DNA of 64,000 nt from Bugula neritina (lineage: Eukaryota > Animalia > Bryozoa), in contig OZ037765.1 of NCBI GenBank assembly GCA_964035545.1, forward strand, positions 26,163,504 to 26,227,503, in the 5' to 3' direction. Below are positions 1 through 13,551 of the stretch, piece by piece. The notes beneath the pieces are model-generated. The model was not told where the DNA came from and made no database searches. It saw only the letters and a program-made list of their open reading frames with translations. The position numbers were made by a program, and so were the translations under genes. Numbering within the stretch: position 1 is the stretch's first letter; each line of letters begins with the position of its first letter.

Positions 1-17
1 ACTGTCTCTTATTTTAG

Positions 18-1498
18 CCTTGTCCCCGGGGTTGCAGGCTCTAGTGGCATTGTGTGTGATTGCTGTCATCATAGCAGTACCTGTTTTATATGCTTTTATT
101 CGTAAGAGGCAAGGAAAGCCAGTTGTTCCAGAGCTACTGCAACCATGCTTCAACAGAATAACAACATATTTTGCATGCTGCACCAAGATAAAAGGTTTAA
201 TGATATATACTTGACTATTCTCTTTGAATTTTTGTGGATGTTGTCCTTGATTAAAATTAGTTCTTCTACTACACATAAAACTTAAGAATTTTTTCTCTCT
301 AGTGTTAGCTATGAATTTGGAATGTGAATAGTATTTTCCTATTTTTTTGTAAATGCGTGCATATCTTCATGCTTTGATAAGGAATTAATTTACAATACTG
401 ATTGACAAGGATTGCCATTTTATAAATTATAGTTACTAATTTGCATTAATTTTGCTATCAAAATTCAGTTACCATGACATCTTAATGTTTCCAGGGAGCA
501 ACTACATTTGACTATCAACATTTGCCTGCGTTATATGTTTACAGGATCAGATAACAGTGCTCAGGAGCTCACTGTAGATCACAGACAAACTACACCAACC
601 TCACCTGACGGCTCACATGCTTTCAACAATGTATGTAAATTTATATAGACACTGTTCATTCAGGTTTAATGAACTTGCCATATACTTACTTCATAACCGG
701 AATTTATTGAATAAAATTAGTTTCTTTTATAACACTTTATGAGTATAAACATATTTTAAATAATATTCACCGTAATATTTTTAAACACTAACCAACATTA
801 TTAAAAGTACTTTGCGTTTAGAAAAAAATTTATTGTAGGCTTTTGAAAAGACATCTCCTTCACCTAGTTCTTCACCAGCACAGCCACACGGTTACTCCGT
901 GACTGGCCGCCCACTCAATAAGTTTAAGCAAGCAGTGAATGAGGCTGATTTAGAGCGTGCTCCATCGTTCCGTGACTGGCAAGTTAATCGACTGCAGCAA
1001 CATAGCACTGCAGGGGCTGCCAACCAAACCAAGAAGACAAAAGATTATAGCCGCGGAAAAGTCAATCACACTGTAGAAATCAATAGGGTGTCAAATAATA
1101 ACTCCAATTCTAAACCCTATAATATGACCAATCACCAAGCGCCAATCACATATGTTCCTGGAGCAAACCGAGTACATGAACCTTCCACTGCTCGACAGAA
1201 AACTCCTTATTCCATTACTACGCAAAGTGGTCGAAGTGACTATGAAGTTCGAAGTCATTTGGACCAAGTTCCATCAAGCAGTTCGCACCAAGCCAGTAGT
1301 TACTACCGGAGACAACCTAAACAATATGGCTCTAACCAGCCTCCTCCTCGATACGATAGCTACCTTCAAAACTCTTCAGCAGTTCAGCCTAACCAGCTTC
1401 GAACTGCACTGGAACAAGTAGCCCTCTCTACCTCAACAGGTGCAGTCAACTTCCAAGCAGAAACTGGACACAATACATCAGCAGACACTGTTGTTTAG
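18..1498 (+). CDS. 3' part of a single-pass membrane protein gene: TM helix, long disordered cytoplasmic tail, C-terminal PDZ-type motif. The 5' exons lie upstream of the window.
   Basis: Exons 18-194, 545-630, 839-1498 join in phase with AG/GT boundaries. Hydrophobic LQALVALCVIAVIIAVPVLYAFI is followed by RKRQGK (positive-inside). The S/Q/P-rich tail ends ...SADTVV*. Confidence 0.75.
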
Positions 1499-2188
1499 TT
1501 GCTGATTCTACAAGAGCTATATGCTATATTCAATTTATTAGATTTCTTGTCCATATAGATTGTATTCTCAAATCTGACATCTGTCACATCACTCGATATG
1601 TGGGGGAAGAAAATTCGCTAAAACCGCTTCTCGGGTATAAAAATGGGAACTAGAATTTGAGCAAGACTGTATGCATGAATCTAGTTCACCACTAAGACAA
1701 TTTATCATGTCATGAATTTCAATTTTAAGGCTTCCTTCAATTATTGAACATTATATTAGCTGTTTGCAAGTATTTACTGTGTGCTCAATTTTTTTTAGCA
1801 AGCAAAATTTACATTTTTTTCAAAACTGGAAATGGCCTAAATTTCTATGAAATGGCATAGCTTTCATCAATTATTTCTTTAAAACACATTAAAGTGAAAA
1901 TATTATTACTTGATGTTCAAATTTTTACTATTGATTTATATTTAATTGTTCTCGCATGCTATATTATTTAATACCATGTTTTCAGCATAACCGAATTGTA
2001 ATTTACATTCCAAGAGCCTTATATTTTAATAAAGTATGTACATAATTTTTTTCTACATGCATCTTATAAGTATATTATTATATAAAAATAAATATTGTAT
2101 AGAATTGCTAATAGTAAAAAAGAAGTATGTAAAATATAGACATCAAATAAAAAATTATCTTACATAAGTGTACATGGAATCCAGAGAT

Positions 2189-5100
2189 TTAAAATGCTGG
2201 TTTTACGTCATCCAGGTGGCAGCTAACCAAGCAAGCAAATACCACAGTCAACATCTGAAACAGAGGACACAGTGATTTGATAGTCAGTGATGTCAAAAGA
2301 CAAGTATCATTATTGTTGAGCAGCTTTAGATAATAACTTAAATAGCAATTACCAACCAAGTAGAAGACATGTTAATGGGTAGATAATAATATGATAACAA
2401 GAAGACAAAAGTAAGCTGTGCTTTATTAGGAAGAAGACTTATTTGGTGAAATAACAACTAAAGAAATATTTGTTTGGTTTGAAATGCCAATGTCTTTCAT
2501 GCCAGACTCACAAATGGAAAAGGCACAAGACTGAAAGCTTGGTATCTCCAACCTATATTAAATAATCTTTACCTAATACTACTCTGATGAATTATCAAAC
2601 AATTTTGTGGCTATAGAAATTATTGATGATGACAACATTGCCAAAACTGTTCATTGTCTGGCGTTCCTGTTCAGCAACTTTAGAACTAATAGAGCTGTGT
2701 TGAGAAAAGTGACCACAAGCAGTGCATGTAAAATAATGCATAAGGAGGCGACACAAGAGTAACACAATATATCAGAGATATATGTATAAGCATTTGTTTA
2801 ATTTAGGAGGTTAGAAATAAAAAAATGCAACAAATACGGAATTTGTACACATAAAAAATGAGAAAGTTTAAAGAATCTAGCCATGATCTACACTACTTTT
2901 GAGTTAAATTTTATAAAGAAAGTTGGAATAACAAGCAAACTAAATAGCAATTTAGCTGTTAATAATGTTCATGGTCAAAACTGTTCACTAGAGGTATTCA
3001 GTGTTCGTTGTATAGCATTGTTTCAATAAAGAATTCTTTAAAGTTTAATACAATAACCTGGCTCATGTTTATCAGGACTAGCAAATCTCTACATCCCCTT
3101 GAATTGTTGCCACACACATTGTGCAAAACTGTTGCCAGTAAATGTTGAGTGAGAGCAGGTATTTGAGCAAATACATTTACACTTGAGCAAAAAATCTGCT
3201 TTGCTATGCATACTAATAGTAGAGCTATTTAAGGGGGATAACTCTATAACATTAGTTTAATCAAAGCTGTGCTTTACGAGTAAATAGAGTAAATTGTAAC
3301 CAATTTTAATTTGGCTTAATATAACTTGTAAAAAGCTAAACACTTGTCTATTGAAGTTAAAATTGATCATTGTGAGCCGATTTGCAAAATAACACAAGCA
3401 AAATTAACCCGTCTCCTACTACTGGAACCGTCACGGTCAAATTTCACATAACATTTGCACACTCATCAATCTCTTACCTTAAGAAGGGTTGAAAAACATA
3501 TATGTTAATTGCAGGCAACATTAACTAAAATATTTGCTATTTCATTAGCAATTTATAAACACAATAGGGAAAATTTAGTGTATATTTTAACCCTTTCTAA
3601 GACTTAAATGATGTGAGTCCACATATACACAGAATAGTATTTACTTACACAAAATCCACCAGCGCCGAAGGTAGTGGCATAAACAACTGGGAAAACTATA
3701 GTTGAGAATAACTGCCCATAATTTATGCCACAACTCTACAAAGAATAAGAAATAGTAGGTTATAGTAAAACTGCAGCACAACCTACTAAATATAAAACTT
3801 ATGTGACTAAAATAAATAATAGTCTAGTTTTTAAACTACACTATTTATGCATATGTAAAATATTGAATGTCGAGGCTCTACCTAAAACCACAAATTACAT
3901 AAAACTGGTGGCATCAAGTTTTCAATCAATTGTGTTAGCCATATACACTTTTGTTGGCATTCCCATCTAATCTTTTTATCATTAGAACATTCTTCTTAAG
4001 TTGTTTTCTCAGAACCAAAAAACTAAAGATTAACTGAAAATCAATAATGATTAGGACAATTGCAAACTAGAAAAAAAAACTCTTCAATATCCGCATTCTT
4101 TACAGATTATTGCAACATATTATATGCTATTTTACAACTTTGCAGCATATTACAGCTTTACTAATAAGCAATGTCATCATTTTTATTTACATAGTAAGGA
4201 TTTGATAGTACATACACAAAACACAATACAATTATAATCATTATATGATGCACAGCAATGGAAATCGATGACATTCAAAGCCTGTTTTTTTATAAACTTG
4301 ATCAACACTAGACACCAGAAATGGTCAAATGCAAGCATCTAAACATTGCCGATGAAGCAGAGACTATTTAATTATATATAGACTATAGACTAAATTAGGC
4401 TAAAAATATCTGTATTCTAGAACATACTGCGGCACACGAATAGAGGGCTTCAACTTCAGAGTCTGGGCAACATTGAAGGTTCCGCTTGTGACTGATTCTG
4501 GGCATATTCTCCTGAAGATCTATTAAGAACTGCTGGGCATCAGAGCCAGCTGATGCGCCGTCTCTTTCAAGTTGTTTAAATATAATACTGATGTTGTCTA
4601 GAATCTAAAATACACATAAATAACAATACAAGTCAGTCTAGCATGTATATTCTGGTTATGGTTAATATCTATGAAGTTATTCCCGGTTATTATTTAGATT
4701 GGTCTAGTAGCCGCAATAAATTAAGGTTCACTCCACACTACCCAGTACATTGGTGCTGTAAGAACTTACACCTCACTGATGGTATGTTAGTTTTTATAGC
4801 AGTAAATAAATACTCTCACCACATGAAAAGTATTATACTACATTTCATCATTTTGCTAAGTTATTTGGTAAACAAGTTGTACCAAAGCAGGAGTGGAAAA
4901 CTCTGAAAAACAACTTTCAAAGATTGCATCTAGTAGGAAAGATAACTCTGAGAATAAAGCTTATTTTCAAGACTTACTAGCTTATGATGAGACACACAGT
5001 AGGCTCCTACACCAAACCAGATTAAGGCCACCATGGTCATCACACAAAAGAACTGTAACAACACGATATACCTGAATTACTTTACCAAAAATCTGTAGGT

Positions 5101-6008
5101 ACAGGCCATTATTACAGACTATATTTTAAACTGTTGTAATATAAAATAACCCATTAACGTTTAATACTTCACAATAACAAGGGTTCTATTGTCCAATATT
5201 ACATACTTATCTATATGACGAAGAACAAAAAATGTCTACGTAGAAATGATATCCTGAGCAGCAGCACCCTAATACAAAATAGCTTTTCACAGTTTATAAA
5301 ATGTATATGATACATTTAATATACATTATTAATAATTTATCTTTGAGGTTAATAGAAAACACATTTGAGTATTCAGAGTAGAAATTGGATAATGAGTATT
5401 TGAGGCAGCTTAAACAGCGCTATGTGTAGATATCGGACAAGAGTAGAAAAAAGTTGAACATACAGTAGTTATGACAATCTGGCTCTTCTTCAGGACTCCA
5501 ACAAGTCCAAGGATAGGTGCTATAACTGTAAGGATAGATGCACCTAATACTAGGTATGGAAGAAGGTTTCCAATATCTTTATCAAACTGACTCCATAACC
5601 GCAGTTTTATAGCAGCTTGGTTATTCATGGACATTATTGCTAATGCAACACATCCCAGACCAATAATCTAAAATAGCACAAAATACAGTCAATATAGTCA
5701 GATGATATTTGAGCACAATATGACCTCTATATTGTAAAATTCAAAAGTTGATCTGCAAGAACCCAAGTTGAATTCTTAAGAAATGAAATGCATTTAAAAT
5801 TATCTAGGCTATTGAAATATATCGATATTTAAATTATTAAAAAAAATTGAGCTTTTGAAGTTTTGAACTTCCCTTTGAGCAGTGTGATTAGTGTCAAAAA
5901 AATTAAACAAAGAAGGAATAAAAGGGTTACACGTACTTCTATAAAAACAAAATAGACAATGAAGCACATCTTTCGAAGAGTTCCTCTCCCGGATGTGTCT
6001 TCCTCCAT
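2189..6008 (-). CDS. Divergent tetraspanin-family protein, ~226 aa, 6 coding exons
   Basis: Exons 6008-5937, 5667-5464, 5052-4978, 4604-4428, 3735-3649, 2254-2189 are all phase 0 GT-AG. Four TM segments with tetraspanin spacing, GLVGVLKKS after TM2, a large loop with DLQE...LQCCP...C...C, and a short tail ending KPAF*. Confidence 0.8.
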
Positions 6009-6819
6009 CACTTCGCAATACTATTGGTGTCCTAAAAATACCTAGTTATTATTAGTTTTCACAAACACTCCATGCTCGTATGGTTGTGTTGATTCTATGG
6101 TGTAAACCTGGCAGATGAAAGATTTTACATGTGAACTGCTTTTACAAAAATAAAAATTTTAGGTACGACACACGATGACTTGCAAAACAAGTAAAGTATC
6201 TGTGCTCAGTTGTAACTTTCAAGAACAAAAATAAGATATCTATCATCTAGTCTACTTACTTGTTGATTGAAAACTTGCATACATGTATATAAAATAAAGT
6301 TTCTAAACAATGAACTTAGCAAACTTTTGAAAAAATTATATGGTACATCTAAACAACTATTCCAAAAAAGACTTTTTTAATATTTACTTTTTGGTGATGT
6401 TTAACAAGTAAAAGCAGATGTATCAACATTAAAAACCAAAAAGCCATTTTTAGATAAGGCAATTGTCCAGGGGCTGCAATTTCAACCCAGCCAGGTCTAC
6501 CAAGTACTGCTCCAATGCAATCTCACTTGTTTCTACATGGTTAAATTTTTGTAAGATAGAATAGCAGAAGCCTATACTTTTTATAAACCCTATACATTGA
6601 TATTTATATATTTAATTTTATTAGAAACTTTTAGCTATTTTCAGCTTTTATGCAACTTTATCTACCTTTTAGTATGCTTTACCATGACTTACCAGCAGAT
6701 ATCCTAAATGTTTATATTTTATTTACTTCCCTTTACTAAATATTTGCAAGTTTTTAACTAAAACATTTTGACAAAATTAAAATTAATTGCAGCATTTGAT
6801 CTTATACTTATAGTTATAT

Positions 6820-7450
6820 TAAATTTAATAATAATATTAATATAGTTATACAGCTAGAGTTATACTAGTTATACTTTATCTTATACTTATAGAGTTAAAC
6901 TTATTGGTATATTCTTACTAATAGTAATACTAATAGTAATACTAATAGTAATAGTAATGGTAATACTTAATCTTATACTCAATAACTTATATAATATTAC
7001 TATTAGTTATACTTAATCTTATAACTTATACTTATAGAGTTAAACTTAAAGTTAATGTTATAGTTATTTTTATTTACTATTACAGTAATACTATTAGTAT
7101 TAGTATTACATTTTGATTTAGTTTTACCTTTACTATTTATTAATTTATTACCATCATCAATATCATAATGGCATTGAATGATTGATTATTATTGTGTCTA
7201 TTACTATTACAGCAATACTATTAGTATTACTATTAAAGTATAAGTATTAGTATTACTATTAGTATTTACTACTAGTACTAGTAATTACTATTAGTATTAG
7301 TATTACTATTAGTATTAGTATGTTAATTTATACTACTAGTAGTACTAGTAGTATAAATTAACATACTAATACTAATAGTAATACTAATACTAATAGTAAT
7401 TACTAGTACTAGTAGTACTACTAGTACTACTAGTAGTAGTAGTAGGACCA
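6820..7450. repeat. Degenerate 3/6-periodic low-complexity tract (ACTTAT/AGTTAT/AGTAAT/ACTAAT/TAGTAT)
   Basis: Directly visible runs such as actaatagtaatactaatagtaat and tattagtattactattagt. Confidence 0.9.
7267..7417. repeat. Perfect 151-bp palindrome (75-bp arms, 1-nt spacer at 7342)
   Basis: Checked by hand: 7267-7341 is the reverse complement of 7343-7417, including the non-repetitive core GTATGTTAATTTATAC / GTATAAATTAACATAC. Confidence 0.9.
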
Positions 7451-7819
7451 GTGAATAGATTCAGATTGCTTGTAAATAAATAAAAGAATGAAACTTGTTT
7501 TGCTTTGATTTTCAATACTAATAATGTACTAATAATTTTACTTTATCGCGAGTTTTTTTAATAACTATTAATATTTATATAAATACTAAATTGAAATACA
7601 TAATATTATTTCATTTTAGACTGACTTAACACCTCAACCAATGAATTAGGACTAAGCTATCAGTAGCATTATTGGGCAAAGTGAAAAGGTAGGAAAGATA
7701 ACTCTGGTTGATATTCGGACAGTTGGTATCAAAAGATATTCATATTAAATCACCTGTGCAATTATTGTATTTAAAATGCTTTTCGATCACAAAAAGTGAT
7801 AGTAATAACAAATCTCTAT

Positions 7820-8140
7820 CTACCTAGCAACCTACGTATTAATTATTGTAAAGCTGTCATGATGGGTGGAGGAGAAGGGCTGAGGAAACTTTTAGTTCAG
7901 TGGCGAGGAGCAACTTTGGTTTCGAATCTCAACCAGTTTACAGATAACTCCTCATGCAGTGTATGACCCGAGTATCTTTATCCGACAGAGTTACCTTACC
8001 CGTAATAGTAAGGTTGTCGTAAACTCCCATTTCATGAGGCCCTAATCGTTCAAACGATAAAATTATAGGGAGTATCAAAAGAGGCTACGCAGCAGACTAG
8101 CAAACTAGCTAAGAAGTTTTCACTTTAGTAGTAACTTAAA
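7820..8140. promoter_or_regulatory. Putative bidirectional promoter / first non-coding exons of the tetraspanin (-) and RING (+) genes
   Basis: Locally CpG- and GC-enriched segment between two divergently oriented genes. Both ATG exons are preceded by splice acceptors (e.g. ttttatag at 8874). The TSS is inferred. Confidence 0.5.
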
Positions 8141-8199
8141 CTGTGTAAAGAACATTTAATTCTATCTAAAAGTTCACTAACTAATAATAAGTATAGTGA

Positions 8200-8560
8200 A
8201 AGATATAAAACAGTAGTAATAACAATAATAATTGAAATAAAAAAATATTTTAGCAAATTATTGTCATTCATATTGTGTCACTAAAAGTAATTATATTTAT
8301 TTGCATGTTTTAGTTTATCATCATTATGATTATGAAAATCATTATCACTATCATAATGATAATGATATTCATAATGATAATATTAATCATTATGGTTATG
8401 ATTATTATAATAAAAAGCACAATAAGATTGATAATCACTTTATTACTTGAAATTTATGACAATGAAACAAATAATGATATTAATACTAATAGTAATACTA
8501 ATAGTAATACTAATAGTAATACTAATAGTCATAGTATTACTGAGTAATAGTCAATATTTA
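8200..8560. repeat. Degenerate 3/6-periodic tract (ATTATC/ATGATA/ACTAATAGTAAT)
   Basis: Visible (actaatagtaat)x3 and att/atc/atg triplet runs. It produces the spurious Ile-rich ORF 8326-8547. Confidence 0.85.
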
Positions 8561-8910
8561 GAGTGGTAATAAATAAAGTTTTAAAGATTCTTTTTTATAC
8601 TAGTACTTGGTCTTGTAGTTGTCAGTTAAACTTAAAGTTGTAGGTTATGCTTTTACTGAAATATTTTTCCTTTCACGTTTTATAGATAAAGTTGTATGTT
8701 TTTTTTAGTCATATTATCACTACTAATTACGTTATTGCTGTTGCCCTCATTATAAGCACTATTCTTAGTTGTTAAATTGAATTATTTATTACATGTGTTA
8801 TATTAATATTTGTATGATATTATGTGCTTTTATCACCAACACACATACTAGTATTAATATTGGTATTTTTATAGGGATTTCCAGTCCCAATAGATGAAAG
8901 GTATCTTAAT

Positions 8911-10287
8911 ATGTCCAGCAAAAGCATCAAGTATCCAGAATGTGATGGGTGTCTCTGGCATTCTTCTATACCTGCTAAGTTAACACCAGCAGAATTTGCT
9001 AGTATGACTTGCTTACACTGCTTCTGTGCACCATGTATAAAACTGCTAGTGCAACAGCATGCTAGCAGTAAAACTGAAGCTGGAAGAATGCGGTGGTTTC
9101 GATGCCCTGTTGCATCATGTGGGTTATTGATTCAATCAAATCAAATAAAAGAACTTTCGGGAAAGAAGCTTCCAGTTCCTATACAGTATCTGTTGAAATC
9201 ACATGGCAATGTATCAAAAGAACTAACTAATACACAAAGAATATGCAAGTTTCATATTGACAACTATAAATGGTAAGCAATTAAGTAACGGAATGTATTA
9301 TCAATTATAAAAAATTAATGTACATCTATTTTTGCCTATGCAACAGTATATTGGGTTTAATTTTGCTATAGGGTTAGGTGAATGGTAGATCTCTATTAAT
9401 CTTTTAGATAATTTAACTTCCATTAGTTTTGTTTGATGGTTGACCGTTTTATTGCATACAATCTTCCTAGGGACATGATAGTGAAATATTGCCAAATTTC
9501 TTATCCCCTCCCCTTAATTTACAATTGAAAATACAGTGTAAATAGAAAGTCAACAGCGCTTCATTAAATTAACTTATCTATACAATTTAAATATTGCTTA
9601 AATATTGATAATCTATTTTGCAACAATCGAGTTTTACTCGAATAACAAACCAAAGCTTCACTAAAACATGTTCAGGCAATATTGACTGTGCTAATCATGC
9701 ACTTTCAAACTATACCAACTTTGGCAGACATTTCAAAACTAACCAAATTACACTGTAGGAAACCAAATTGGTGAAAACTATCACACTTTAATGTAGCCTC
9801 TGTGAATACGTAAATGAAAGTAAATGAAGTTTTATTTTTATAATTTAGGCATATTAAGCTTCAGCAATCGGACATTGACAAAAAGGCAAGGCTGGTACAC
9901 AAAATCAATGCTAAACTAGTAGATGCAGAAAAAAAGTATAATGAGCTCAAAAAAAGATATGAACAATTAGTTCAGCAGTAAGTAGTCAGTAAAATTGACT
10001 TGAAATTAGTGTAGCATATCTTCACTGTACTTATTCAATGTAAACCAGTAATAACAAGTTATGTAATCCTAGTTAAGATTGATAGTTCTATCATTGTATC
10101 TGATATTTCAAATTATTTACTTATATTTATATATTTCAGAAAAAGCTCTTACACTAATCAGTATGACTATGAGATTGCTAGCAGTGCAAACTTAGGAGAA
10201 CAGAGGTTGTGGAATGAAACACAAACAGGACTGTCATTTTTAGACCAAGATTATGGTGAAGCTACTGAAAGAAGTCTTGTATTTTAA
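8911..10287 (+). CDS. RING-HC plus coiled-coil protein, ~212 aa, resembling the RNF212/Zip3/ZHP-3 family
   Basis: Exons 8911-9272, 9849-9977, 10140-10287 are in phase (639 nt). C3HC4 ligands CDGC...CLHCFCAPC...CPVASC, then LS..KLP.PIQ......TQRICKF, a coiled coil (LVDAEKKYNELKKRYEQL) and a short disordered tail. Confidence 0.75.
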
Positions 10288-11602
10288 TATAAATCATGTT
10301 ACAAGTTTTTAAATACACCTAGTTTACTGAGTAAATTGTGAACTATCAAGGTAGTGAATCTAAATATTAGTGTTAGACATTTAGGTTAATTTAGGTTAAA
10401 CATGAAAATATTCACTGCAGTCAACAATTGATTGCAGCGAAATGGCTAATATTTTTTATTATATGACTGCTGCACAATGAGTAAAAAAACTCTCAGTTCA
10501 TATACTTATACATTACACATTCTTGTTGGTATATGGGATTTTTATCTAAATAAATTGTTGTTTTATAACTCCTGATTAAAAATCCATTACGTTTGACTCT
10601 CTGGAATATCTACAAAATCAAATATATCATTCTAATTAATGAAAAATATAAAATAGACAGGTTTTATAACCAATTCACATTTTGAAAATTTATAATAAGC
10701 ATATATTGAAATATTGTTAAGCTTCACCGATTTAAAAGCATATAATTCTATGTAGGTATCAAAATAATGTCTTGAATGTTTGAAACTTCAATCCTATCCA
10801 CGGTGCCAAACATAGATGACAAGGCTATAGGATAAAATTCTCAAATAATAAAATTGTCACAACTGCTTACATATTTTAGTAGTACTTTGTGATACACTAC
10901 TTTTACTACTACTATTCATATTGGTAAATGAAATGCAGCACCAAATTAATATAATTTTATGCTTAGCTAGTGCACTTTCTATTGAAATACATACTTTGGA
11001 AGCGATTGCTTGTTAAGAAATGCAACATTAACAAGACTATGGACAACATAAAGCAGTGACCTACACTAAATAGTCCAACACAGTCCAATACAATATAGTC
11101 AAACATAGATACTTGCTATTCTCAAGGTGTTCCTAATTCAACAAATGGGAGTATAAGATAAGAAAAAAGTTAATGAGAAACATGCTTTTTTCTATAAAGC
11201 TTCATTATACACCTTTAGTTTACACCTGGTTCAAAATCCTCAACTGTTCAGGTAGCAGGTACATTTGGCCTTAAAACTATCACATTACAGACTACTTTGA
11301 AAGATTAGAAAATGAACCAAGAAAAACTTACACTACGCAAAATCGGTCAAACTATTTTGGTTTTTACTAGACCACAAAAAGGGTTATAATTTGGTTTGTT
11401 CAAAATTCATTTGCTTAAAATGATGGCTGTGTTATTTGCATGACTAGATAAATAGCTCAGAACACAATTAGTCAAACGCTCTCTGGATGAATTTATATCA
11501 GGATAAAGAATTCTAATTTTGCACTAAAAACACGTCAACATACGATTGAACTGAAACTTGAACTTGAAAACATAGTATAGATACATATAGAAGCTGTCAA
11601 TT

Positions 11603-13551
11603 TCAACAAAATGTAATGTCTTTACCCTGATCAAATGAATTGCTGTTTGGATCAGCACTAGTTGCTTCAGGGTGCAAGATAGACAGGGTTGGTGTAACAG
11701 AGTTAGAATTATCGTAGTTGACTGCACTTCTTGAGCTATCGGAAACGTAATTTTGAGAATCTCTGGATAGATCATCATTGTTATCTGAAAAGTATGATGA
11801 AAATATTGCTAGTGCAACAACATTTTAAAAGAATGTGGTTACCATTCAATCAAAGATAAATTTTGAATAAAATTAATAATATATAACCTGATGCATTACT
11901 GCTGGCTACACTATCCATAGAGTTCTCATCGTTCATGAACGGCAACATTCGCTTTGGAATGCTACTGATTTCTTGAGAGGGCTGAGATTCATTGTCTAAA
12001 GAAAAAGATAAAACTTAAACTATAATATCTAAATTATTTAGTATTCACTAATCTTTAACATTAAAATTGAGTTGTGAACTTATTGTCAATTGTTATAATA
12101 AATTTAGAATCACCTAACATGCATTTAATCAATTCTGCCTTTCAAAACTATTTACTTTAATATTATTAGACTAATAGATTCTAAGAGATAAGTCAAGATG
12201 AATGAAGACTTTCAACAAAAACCTACTGGTCTATTTTGTGGCCCACGACAAAGCAAGCAACACTGATGAAGAGTGTCATCTTTCACCAATGGGTTAAAAT
12301 AGAAAAAGTTGAATTTAGCTTACTACTGCAAATCTTTTTTTATAGCCACTGGGCATAATCCATAGTTTAATTTTAAAAATTACTTGCCCCTATCTGTAAA
12401 TAATTAGCAGATATTCCAGTTGAGTTGGTCTAAGATTAAGTCTTGATGCACCCAACTTAAGATTAGCTACACCAGTGCTAGTGAAACTAACTGTTTGTGT
12501 TTTATATCATATCACTCTCAAGTCTCAACTGTAGCTATACCACAGTTACACAAAATCACTCAATGTGCATATCATATTATAGTATATATAGTGGCAGTTC
12601 CTACAGTAACTCAACAAAACTTAAGATAGCAAGTTACCTTTTACTCCACAGTTGATATTCTCTTGGGTAATACTTTCTGGAGCATCTTTTTTCTGCTAAT
12701 AAACATGAGAAAAACTGCAGCTATGACTATTAATATTGATCATTTTCCAGAACTCAGTGTGTAGCTCATATATATAATATATAACAAGCAGAAAACAATC
12801 AACTGTAAAGTGTAAAGACTCATTAAAATATATGTGAATTTAGCCTGACACAATTATACCTAAATCAGCATTATTTAATCAGCAGGTAAAAGGAATTATA
12901 ATATTCAAGTAATACTTAACTAACCTGTGTGTTTCTGCTTCTCTGACTAGCTACTAAAACACAATATAATAGATCAATATTTCTATGAATATTAAATGAA
13001 CAGCTAAACTTATTAATTAGCATATGACAAGTAAAAAACATGATAAAAGAAATTTATTGATGGTACATTTCACTTTGTCAACTCCTAAATAATGAAAACT
13101 TGAAAGAAACAACCTACAATTAATTGGTAAACACACCTGGAACCCATTTCAAAACTCTCATAGTAGTATCTCCAATGGTCACCCATTTTTTCTCCCTAAA
13201 AGAAACGCATTAGTTGAAAAAATGTAACAAGAAATCAATATTACTTGAATTTCAATTTCATTTAATATAAGAAATTACCAATAAAATTTATTACTAGTGG
13301 GAATTGCAATTAAATTACATCCCAGGTTTGTTTTATAAAGCAGCAAAAACTTGAATCATCCGGGCTAATCTATGTTTGCAGAAATAGTAGTTTTCGAAAC
13401 ACCACAATAAAATAAGTATAGCATTATGATGGGAAAAATTCCCAAAATTTTACTACCATGTTCGAACTTTGTGAATAGCATTAGCTACTCTTTTGATGTC
13501 TTCCTTGGCTTTACTACGAGTTTCAGCTCGAACTCCTCTCCCAAACAGCAT
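11603..13551 (-). CDS. BCL7: BCL7-family SWI/SNF (BAF) subunit
   Basis: MLFGRGVRAETRSKAKEDIKRVANAIHKVRTW|EKKWVTIGDTTMRVLKWVP is the BCL7 N-terminal signature, followed later by MNDENS. Exons 13551-13457, 13195-13137, 12953-12925, 12695-12638, 11995-11888, 11784-11603; the 3' end is slightly uncertain. Probable 5'UTR exons at ~14443-14403 and ~15407-15356. Confidence 0.92.

Noticed and set aside
5200-5270. Exon-like segment in tetraspanin intron 2 (minus strand)
   Set aside because: It has an in-frame stop in the required phase, and exons 2 and 3 join cleanly without it.
8326-8547. Ile/Met-rich ORF (also 34152-34337 and 57169-57408)
   Set aside because: These are translations of the triplet-periodic tracts, with no splice context or domain, and they lie in presumed 5'UTR introns.
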